Sequence record: SRR31156797_8627
Strand: one strand, 5' to 3'
Length of the DNA: 49,071 nucleotides
Part shown: piece after piece, positions 1-7,620 of the stretch
Position numbering within the stretch: position 1 is the stretch's first letter
Layout: every line of letters starts with the position of its first letter
Translations under genes and position numbers: made by a program
The notes under the pieces: generated by a model
Seen by the model: only the letters and a program-made list of their open reading frames with translations
Databases searched by the model: none
Told to the model about the DNA's origin: nothing

Positions 1-187
1 TAAAACGCAACTCAACCAGGCCTCCCCCCCCCCCAAACAAAGGCATCAAAACCGCTCAGTCTCTCTCCTGCTTCACAACAAACAGCAATTGCCATAGTTG
101 TAAAGTTCTTGATTGATCGAACAATCTACCACCTAAGATTGAACAGACGCGTGGTTTATCTACCCGTCTTTGCTAGAAAGATACTCC

Positions 188-223
188 AAAAAAAAGCGGG
201 AACAGGTAGAACCTGTTCCCGCT
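188..223 (-). terminator. Rho-independent terminator downstream of DAK2-DegV gene
   Basis: Inverted repeat agcgggaacaggt/acctgttcccgct flanked by an A run (U tract on minus strand). Confidence 0.8.
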
Positions 224-249
224 GAATCAGCTTGTATAAAACTTGAGAG

Positions 250-2052
250 CTATTCGTCGGTGATGAAAGCCACCGCACATGCTCCGGGACCGGAATGCAG
301 CCCCAGCACAGGAGAAGCCTCAACAATGAATTCAGGTTCTGCACCAAACTCTGCTTTAAGCACACGTCTGAACCTTTCTGCTGTTTCAGGAGTGTCAGCA
401 TGTGAAATGGCGTATCTGAGATTACCACGTCCGTAAGCATTATCTTTAACCAACTTGATCAAAGCATCTTCCTGACGTTTGACGCCGAAAGACTTAGCAA
501 CAACCTTGGGATGGCCTTCACCGGCAAACTGAAGGATAGGCTTGATATTCAAAGCCTTAGCGATCATCCCCTGCCCCTTGCTCAAACGTCCCCCGCGAAC
601 GGCATAATCAAGACAGTCAATGGTAACGAAAATCTTAACGTTTTCCACTGCACGGTCAGCAACTCTGCGAACCTCGGCAGCAGTAGCCCCCTTCTTGGCT
701 GCACGGGCAGCTTCAAGCACAGGCAGACCAAGTCCGATAGTCAACATTTTACTATCAATGGCGGAAACATTGTCAAAAGGATTACTTACTGTCAGTGCAT
801 TCTGAAATGTCCCGCTGAGCACCTTGGCAACATGCAGAGATACAACATCTTCATAGTCAGACGAAACCTTAGCATAGGCGCGCTTCATATCACCGGGAGT
901 CGGCTGGGAAGATAAAGCCCTTTTAGCAGTAGGGAGAACCTTGTAGAATTCACTGGAACTGAGAGTCACCCGGTCAATGTATTCATTTTCATCAATGGAT
1001 AAGCGCATGGGAACCACACGAATATCAAATTCTTCCAGCACCTCATCGGGAAGGTCGCAAGTGCTATCGGTGAGAATACCGACAGTACGGTCATCAGCAA
1101 GGAGACGCTTATGCTGGATAAGCATATCATCGACCTTACGTTTAACCACTTCACCGTAGTCACTGACAATTTTCTCTACCGCATCAGGATCATTGGTATG
1201 GATATGAATCTTCACAGAACCGGAAGTCCCGGCAACGATCAGGCTGTCACCCATTTCGCTAATGGCATCACGGATGGCAACGCGATCAATATCCTGCCCC
1301 TTGATAAGAAATTCCGTACAAAAGCGAAAATCAAGAGATTCGACCGCAACCTTACCTTGAACATTGGCAAAGGAGTTGGAATTACGGGCATCCGGCAGAA
1401 AGCTTCTTTCAATCTTTCCATTTTCCAGCAAATCCACAATACCTTCAAGCAGATAAACAAAACCCTGCGCCCCGGCGTCTACAACCCCGGCAGCTTTGAG
1501 TTCTGCCAGTTTTTCAGTGGTGCATTTTGCGGAATCCCGTGCGAAATCAAGAGAATCAGAAAGCAGATGGTGAAAATCGCGATAACTATCGCCATTAGCG
1601 TGCAGATGAGCAGCCCAATCACGGATAACACTGAGAATAGTTCCGTCCTTGGGTTCAGAAATAGCCTCGCAGGAACGTTTGGCTGCCATGGAGGCTGCCT
1701 GTGCGAAATCTGCGGGAGAAAGTTTGGGCATATCTTTCACGCCCTCAGCGAATCCACAAAGGAACTGAGCCAGAATAGCACCGGAGTTCCCTTTGGCCCC
1801 GTCAAGGGCAGATTCCGCTATCATGGCGGTCATTTTTTCAATAGAGCGTTCCACAGATTTACCGGTGGAACTTACTATGCTGCGCATTGTGCCGGCCATA
1901 TTGGCACCGGTATCCCCATCGGGAACCGGGAACACGTTGATAGCATCCAAATGTGGGGAATTGGCTATCAGTTTGCTTGCAGCGGCCACAACTCCCCTCC
2001 TGAAGCGGACACCATCAACATAATCAATTTTTACAGTATTTGCTGTAGTCAT
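250..2052 (-). CDS. DAK2-domain/DegV fusion protein (fatty acid kinase FakA-FakB-like)
   Basis: N-terminal NVFPVPDGDTGANM, GNSG and GVVDAG DAK2/FakA motifs; CTEF...HIH middle domain; C-terminal DegV motifs TDSTCDLP, SSQP, SGT, GGR, HSGPG. Confidence 0.9.
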   Translation of the reverse strand: MTTANTVKIDYVDGVRFRRGVVAAASKLIANSPHLDAINVFPVPDGDTGANMAGTMRSIVSSTGKSVERSIEKMTAMIAESALDGAKGNSGAILAQFLCGFAEGVKDMPKLSPADFAQAASMAAKRSCEAISEPKDGTILSVIRDWAAHLHANGDSYRDFHHLLSDSLDFARDSAKCTTEKLAELKAAGVVDAGAQGFVYLLEGIVDLLENGKIERSFLPDARNSNSFANVQGKVAVESLDFRFCTEFLIKGQDIDRVAIRDAISEMGDSLIVAGTSGSVKIHIHTNDPDAVEKIVSDYGEVVKRKVDDMLIQHKRLLADDRTVGILTDSTCDLPDEVLEEFDIRVVPMRLSIDENEYIDRVTLSSSEFYKVLPTAKRALSSQPTPGDMKRAYAKVSSDYEDVVSLHVAKVLSGTFQNALTVSNPFDNVSAIDSKMLTIGLGLPVLEAARAAKKGATAAEVRRVADRAVENVKIFVTIDCLDYAVRGGRLSKGQGMIAKALNIKPILQFAGEGHPKVVAKSFGVKRQEDALIKLVKDNAYGRGNLRYAISHADTPETAERFRRVLKAEFGAEPEFIVEASPVLGLHSGPGACAVAFITDE

Positions 2053-2281
2053 ATATATAAAGAGCTAAATATTTTTTTCAAAGTGGCAAAATAAACGTTG
2101 TAACATTCGTCACAAAAAGCAGTCTCTACCTGCATGTAATATGAACAGAAATCAAGTTATTACATAAATAAATCCATCTGTGTTTTTTTCAAATAAACAG
2201 AAATAAACATTAACTCCCTTTTAAGAAGCAATAATTTAGGCTATATATCAATTATATTTCAGCAGTAAGGAGATTTTGCCC

Positions 2282-3451
2282 ATGCCACGGATCAAAACAT
2301 CCCCCAAAGTACATCCTGTTCCCCACTTTACACATATATTGCTTGCCCTGCTTTTATGCATCCTGCTTCCCGGCTGCAAGGATGATAAAGAAACTGCTAG
2401 TGGCTACCCCCCCGCTCCCGTCACTGTCACAAAGACAGAGCTGAAAAATACACCCTATTACCTGACCGCCATCGGCACTGTTAAGGCAGTGGATACAATC
2501 ACAGTCCGCTCAAGGGTTACCGGATATCTGAGCAAAATTTTCATCAATGACGGACAATATGTAAACAAAGGTGAGCAGCTCTTCACCATGGACCCATCTC
2601 CCTACGAAGCTTCCATCGGCCAGCTAAAAGCGGAACTTGCATCAGACATCACCAAATACGAACAGGCCAAGAAGGATTACAAACGTTACCGTGACCTTGT
2701 GCGCCGCAAAGTAGTCAGTGAAGAAAATTTCGAAGAAAAACGGCTAGATATGAAGACTGCCAGTGATGAGATTGCGGTAACCCGCGCCAAATTAAACGAT
2801 GCCCGAAACGATCTCAATTACTGCTTTATCCGTTCACCTATTGACGGTCTTGCCGGATACGTAACTCCCACCGAAGGCAATCTCATTGAAGAAAACAAAG
2901 ACGAACTGGTGGTCATCAACAAGATTTCCCCCATTGCCGTAAACTTCTATCTACCGCAAAAATATCTGGCAGAAGTACAGAAATACTCCACCAACAAAAC
3001 CCTCGAGGTACTTGCCATCACCGAGGGCCGCAACAAACCGGAAAGCGGCAAGCTGACCTTCATCGACAACAACGTGGACACCAAAACCGGAACAATCTGG
3101 ATGCAAGGCCGCTTTGCCAACTCGAACAAAGCACTCTGGCCCGGAAACTACGTTGAAATCCGCCTCAAACTTTATGATGAAAATGTAATCAACATCCCCA
3201 TGGAGGCGACCTGCACTGGACCGGAGGGTAAATTTGTCTGGATAGCGAACAGCAATAAAACTGTTGAGATGCGCCCCATCACGGTTGACCGTAGGGCCGG
3301 TAAAATGGATATAGTCAGTGACGGATTAAAAGATAAGGAAATGATAGTCACTGACGGGCAGCTACGACTCTACCCCGGCGCAGCCATTACAATTAAAGGT
3401 AGATCTACAAATTCTACAGCACCCGCAGCTCAAGCCAAGAACGGTGAATAG
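2282..3451 (+). CDS. RND efflux periplasmic adaptor (membrane fusion) lipoprotein, MdtA-like
   Basis: Lipobox LPGC, RSRVTGYL, IRSPIDG, FIDNNVDTKTGT. AAGGAG at 2267-2272 is better spaced to ATG 2282 than to TTG 2276. Confidence 0.9.
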   Translation: MPRIKTSPKVHPVPHFTHILLALLLCILLPGCKDDKETASGYPPAPVTVTKTELKNTPYYLTAIGTVKAVDTITVRSRVTGYLSKIFINDGQYVNKGEQLFTMDPSPYEASIGQLKAELASDITKYEQAKKDYKRYRDLVRRKVVSEENFEEKRLDMKTASDEIAVTRAKLNDARNDLNYCFIRSPIDGLAGYVTPTEGNLIEENKDELVVINKISPIAVNFYLPQKYLAEVQKYSTNKTLEVLAITEGRNKPESGKLTFIDNNVDTKTGTIWMQGRFANSNKALWPGNYVEIRLKLYDENVINIPMEATCTGPEGKFVWIANSNKTVEMRPITVDRRAGKMDIVSDGLKDKEMIVTDGQLRLYPGAAITIKGRSTNSTAPAAQAKNGE

Positions 3452-3453
3452 CC

Positions 3454-6400
3454 ATGAACATCACCGAACTTTTTATCAAACGTCCGGTCATGACCTCTCT
3501 GGTGGTCATCGGCATGGTCTTTTTCGGAATCGTCGGCTATTTGCGACTCCCGGTAAGCTACTTACCCGCAGTTGAATTCCCGACCCTGCAGGTTACTGCA
3601 ACTCTACCCGGAGCCAGTCCCTCGACCATGGCTTCATCAGTGGCTACTCCGCTGGAAAAGGAATTCACATCCACGCCGGGACTACGTTCCATGAGTTCTG
3701 TAAACTCGCAGGGCCAAACCCTGATCACCCTACAGTTTGACCTTGACCGCGACATTGACGGCGCGGCCTCCGACACACAGGCTGCCATTTCACGGGCCAG
3801 CGGTAACCTGCCTACAGACCTGCCACAGCAGCCTTACTATGAAAAATTCAATCCAGCTGACGACCCGGTGCTCTACATGGCCATCTGGTCAGAATCAATG
3901 CCTTTGTATAAAGTAAACGAGTACACCACCACCTTCCTGACCGACACCATATCCATGGTCAACGGCGTCTCCAAGGTCGAGGTTTACGGTGAATCCAAGC
4001 TGGCAGTACGAGTCCGGGTTAACCCGGAAAAGCTGGCCGCACGAGGCATGAACATTGATGACATCCGTCAGGCTATTGCCGATCAGAACGTAAAAGAACC
4101 GGTTGGTACGCTGGACAACAAAAAACAATCCGTAACTGTCGAAGCCACCGGCCAGCTCAAGAATGCTGATGAATTCATGCCCATGATTTTTGAGTCGGAA
4201 GACGGCAGGACCGTGCGCCTCTCTGAAGTAGGTGAGGTGATCAACTCGGTACAGTCGGACAAGTCCGGTTCGTGGATTGACGGCAAACGCGGTATTGTTA
4301 TCGCCATCAAAAAACAGCCCGGTTCGAATACTATTCAAGTTTGCGAGACCATCAGGGATATGCTGCCCACCATCCGCAACCAGATCCCTGCCGGTATCCA
4401 GATGAAGGTCCTTTATGACCGCTCAGAGCCCATCAAGGAAGCAGTTGATGATGTACAGGTCACCCTGTTGTTGGCGATTTTCTTCGTTATCTGCGTTATC
4501 TTCTTTTTCCTGAAAAACCTCTCTGCGACCATCATTGCTTCAGTGGCGGTCCCGGTATCCATCGTCTTTACATTTGCTATCATGTATGTGCTGAACTATT
4601 CGCTGGACACCCTCTCACTACTGGCCTTGACCTTATCAGTAGGCTTTGTCGTGGATGATGCCGTGGTTATGATCGAGAACATTGTCCGCCATCTGGAGAT
4701 GGGCAAAAAACCGTATCAGGCCGCTCTGGATGGAGCCAAGCAAATCACCTTCACCATTATTTCCATGACCCTGTCGCTGGCGGTGGTCTTCATCCCTCTC
4801 ATGTACATGTCCGGAATCATTGGACGTATCCTACATGAATTCGCCATGACCATCACCGTGGCAATCCTTGCCTCGGGCGTGGTATCCTTGACTATGACCC
4901 CCATGCTGGCCAGCCGTATTCTCAAACCGGGAAGTAAGCTTTCCGAGTCCGATCCCATATTCGACTTCCTGCTGCGCATGTATGACCGCTCTCTGCATTT
5001 TGTCATGCGCCATAGAGCGTGGACCATGGGAGCAGCTGGACTAATCCTACTGGCAACCATCCACTTTTTCATGGTTATCCCCAAAGGTTTTTTACCCACT
5101 GACGACATGAGCTATTGTCAAGGATTTGCGCAGGCTAAGCAGGGTATTTCCTACCATGCCATGAAGGATCACATCAAAAGACTTGAGCCGATTCTCATGG
5201 ACGACCCTAACATCAAAAGTGTAATTACCGTGGCCGGAGCGCCCATCCAGAACCAAGGTTACGTTTTCCCCATGCTGACATCTCCCGGTGACCGCGAGAT
5301 GACAGCGGATCAGGTCGCCCGTCAACTCATGTATAAATTAAACAATGAACCGGGCATCATGGTTTGGATTCAAAACCCGCCCATGATCAGGCTGACCGCT
5401 AAATCCACCAAAAACCTTTACCAATACACAGTACAGGCCCCGGATCAGCAGGAACTGTATTCAATCGCCCCAAAATTCGAAATGCAGATGCGCCAGATTC
5501 CGTTCCTGACTGGACTGACCTCGGATCTGCTGGACCAGAACCCGGAACTCTGGGTCAAGATAGACCGTGATAAAGCCTCCTACTACGGAGTCACTGCCCA
5601 CGATATTGAGAACACCCTTAACTCCGCCTACTCCGAGCGCAAAGTCTCAACCATTTACGGAGACACAGACCAGTACTGGGTAATTCTGCAAGTGCTGCCC
5701 TACAACCAACGCGATCCCCGGGACCTGATGAAGCTACACGTGGCCAACAAGAACGGAGACCTGATCAGGCTGGACACCCTTGCCAGCTTTGAGGAGAAAC
5801 CCGGCCCCATGCAGGTAAACCATACCGGCATGCTGCCCTCGGTAACATACTCCTTCAACATAGCTCCGGGCTATTCCTTAAGTGACGCGACTTCGGCTAT
5901 TAACGAGCTTGCCCTCAACAATCTGCCGGACACCGTGGTTTCCAATTTTGAAGGAACTGCTGATGAATTTCAGAAATCAATGGCCAGCGTCTATTTCCTG
6001 CTGGCTATCGCGATCTTTGTCATTTTTATGATTCTGGGTATTCTTTATGAAAGCTATATCCATCCCATCACCATTATATCCGGCCTACCTTCAGCGGCAA
6101 TCGGTGGACTTTTGACTCTGACCATCTTCGGCAAGGACCTCGACCTGTTCGGTATCGTCGGGGTCATCATGCTCATCGGTATCGTCAAAAAGAACGCCAT
6201 CATGGTGGTGGACTTCGCCCTTGAAGCTGAGGCAAAAGAGAATCTTTCCCCGGCAGAAGCAGCCATGAAGGGATCGCTGGAAAGGTTCCGCCCGATTATG
6301 ATGACTACAATTGCAGCCATTGCCGGTGCCATGCCCATCGCGCTGGGACTAGGTGCCGGAGCACAGGCCCGTCAGCCCATGGGACTTGCCATTGTAGGCG

Positions 6401-6537
6401 GTTTGATCCTCTCACAGGTAGTAACCCTTTACCTGACCCCGGTTTTCTACACCTACATGGATTCGTACCAAAAATGGTCCTACGAACGAGGACAGGCCAA
6501 ACGCGAACTGCTCGGCATTCCTCATGAGAAGGATTGA
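3454..6537 (+). CDS. RND efflux permease (AcrB/MdtB/MdtC family)
   Basis: FIKRPV N-terminus, proton-relay VVDDAVV, KKNAI and RPIMMT motifs, 1027 aa, 2 nt after adaptor gene. Confidence 0.95.
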   Translation: MNITELFIKRPVMTSLVVIGMVFFGIVGYLRLPVSYLPAVEFPTLQVTATLPGASPSTMASSVATPLEKEFTSTPGLRSMSSVNSQGQTLITLQFDLDRDIDGAASDTQAAISRASGNLPTDLPQQPYYEKFNPADDPVLYMAIWSESMPLYKVNEYTTTFLTDTISMVNGVSKVEVYGESKLAVRVRVNPEKLAARGMNIDDIRQAIADQNVKEPVGTLDNKKQSVTVEATGQLKNADEFMPMIFESEDGRTVRLSEVGEVINSVQSDKSGSWIDGKRGIVIAIKKQPGSNTIQVCETIRDMLPTIRNQIPAGIQMKVLYDRSEPIKEAVDDVQVTLLLAIFFVICVIFFFLKNLSATIIASVAVPVSIVFTFAIMYVLNYSLDTLSLLALTLSVGFVVDDAVVMIENIVRHLEMGKKPYQAALDGAKQITFTIISMTLSLAVVFIPLMYMSGIIGRILHEFAMTITVAILASGVVSLTMTPMLASRILKPGSKLSESDPIFDFLLRMYDRSLHFVMRHRAWTMGAAGLILLATIHFFMVIPKGFLPTDDMSYCQGFAQAKQGISYHAMKDHIKRLEPILMDDPNIKSVITVAGAPIQNQGYVFPMLTSPGDREMTADQVARQLMYKLNNEPGIMVWIQNPPMIRLTAKSTKNLYQYTVQAPDQQELYSIAPKFEMQMRQIPFLTGLTSDLLDQNPELWVKIDRDKASYYGVTAHDIENTLNSAYSERKVSTIYGDTDQYWVILQVLPYNQRDPRDLMKLHVANKNGDLIRLDTLASFEEKPGPMQVNHTGMLPSVTYSFNIAPGYSLSDATSAINELALNNLPDTVVSNFEGTADEFQKSMASVYFLLAIAIFVIFMILGILYESYIHPITIISGLPSAAIGGLLTLTIFGKDLDLFGIVGVIMLIGIVKKNAIMVVDFALEAEAKENLSPAEAAMKGSLERFRPIMMTTIAAIAGAMPIALGLGAGAQARQPMGLAIVGGLILSQVVTLYLTPVFYTYMDSYQKWSYERGQAKRELLGIPHEKD

Positions 6538-6549
6538 TGATATCAAAAC

Positions 6550-6587
6550 ACAAACCCCGACTCTAAATCACTAGAGTCGGGGTTTGT
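6550..6587. terminator. Bidirectional terminator between convergent RND and STAS genes
   Basis: Perfect 16-bp inverted repeat acaaaccccgactcta/tagagtcggggtttgt. Confidence 0.85.
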
Positions 6588-6605
6588 CAGTACGTATGAT
6601 AGCTT

Positions 6606-7082
6606 TTACCAGTCCATCATCCGTACTGCATGCTTCATGTCGGGAGCGAACTTAAGAAAACGATCCATATACAGCATTTTAAGATTCTTCATGATCCTTT
6701 CCGGGACATCGGTAAAAACGACCATCCCGTCCTTCTGGTCCGCTGTCTTGTGGGCATTGATGAGCATTCCAAGACCTACACTGTCAATCAAGCTGGCATA
6801 CCTGAGATTGATTATGATCTTGCAGCCCTGCTCAGCAGCTGCACTATAAATTCTATTCTTAAAAAACTTAACAGTCGAATTACTGATCCGTCCCTTAGGA
6901 GCAAAAATGGTAAACTCCCCCTTTTGACGCTCAATAAAATCAAACTGGGTATCAAAAGCCTGATTGATTACAGAGTCGAGACTCTGCACAGTGTCAGAAT
7001 TTTGCCCCCCAACCTTTTCCTTTAACTTCAAGGCATTGGCCCCGAGCCCCATGCGCTTTACGCTGTCATTTATGCTAGTCAT
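6606..7082 (-). CDS. STAS-domain anti-sigma-factor antagonist with N-terminal extension
   Basis: IDSVGLG motif with phosphorylatable Ser; start uncertain (7082 or 7052). Confidence 0.85.
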   Translation of the reverse strand: MTSINDSVKRMGLGANALKLKEKVGGQNSDTVQSLDSVINQAFDTQFDFIERQKGEFTIFAPKGRISNSTVKFFKNRIYSAAAEQGCKIIINLRYASLIDSVGLGMLINAHKTADQKDGMVVFTDVPERIMKNLKMLYMDRFLKFAPDMKHAVRMMDW

Positions 7083-7093
7083 GGCTTAAACCA

Positions 7094-7110
7094 TGCACCA
7101 TAAATGCCAA
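7094..7110 (-). promoter_or_regulatory. Putative sigma-54 promoter
   Basis: Minus strand TTGGCATTTATGGTGCA, i.e. GG-N10-GC spacing, just upstream of the STAS gene and downstream of a terminator. Confidence 0.5.
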
Positions 7111-7143
7111 TATCTAAACTGACGTGTTATAAATTTTGCAAAT

Positions 7144-7173
7144 AAAAAAGCTGGCCTGAAAATTCAGGCCAAC
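7144..7173 (-). terminator. Terminator after the 113-aa STAS gene
   Basis: tggcctga/tcaggcca stem with A6 run on the left. Confidence 0.7.
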
Positions 7174-7197
7174 TCATAAAACAACATATGTAATGAA

Positions 7198-7539
7198 CTA
7201 CCAGTCAAACTTCGTCAGTGCTGAATCAATATTCGGGCTGAAATTCAAATAACGATCCATGGTCAGCATTTTCATATTCCGGCTGATCATATCATTCATA
7301 TCGCTATAAACAATCATCCCCCCATACTTGTCACAGTACTTATGGGCATGAATCATAACTCCCAATCCGGCACTATCGATAAAATCAACATCCTTCATAC
7401 ACATGACAATCCGGCAACCGTCCTCACAGCAATGATTATACAAACGATCTCTAATTAACCCCACCGTGGAATGGTTGAAACAACCCTTCGGGCACAGCAG
7501 GAGACAGTCCTCCCGCTCTTCTTCCGTAAAATCAAACAT
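7198..7539 (-). CDS. STAS-domain anti-sigma-factor antagonist
   Basis: FIDSAGLG motif, 113 aa, GGGG SD-like sequence; clear paralog of 6606..7082. Confidence 0.88.
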   Translation of the reverse strand: MFDFTEEEREDCLLLCPKGCFNHSTVGLIRDRLYNHCCEDGCRIVMCMKDVDFIDSAGLGVMIHAHKYCDKYGGMIVYSDMNDMISRNMKMLTMDRYLNFSPNIDSALTKFDW

Positions 7540-7620
7540 GCTTTCCCCCGACCTGATTTGCTAATTAACCGTTCCTACCACGCAAAATAAAGCTGGAATT
7601 TTATTCAGTAAAGGGGAAAT

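Noticed and set aside
1111-2094. 327-aa plus-strand ORF
   Set aside because: Antisense shadow of the DAK2-DegV gene; no recognisable motifs or SD. The same applies to other antisense ORFs over the nuo-like, gdhA and MFS genes
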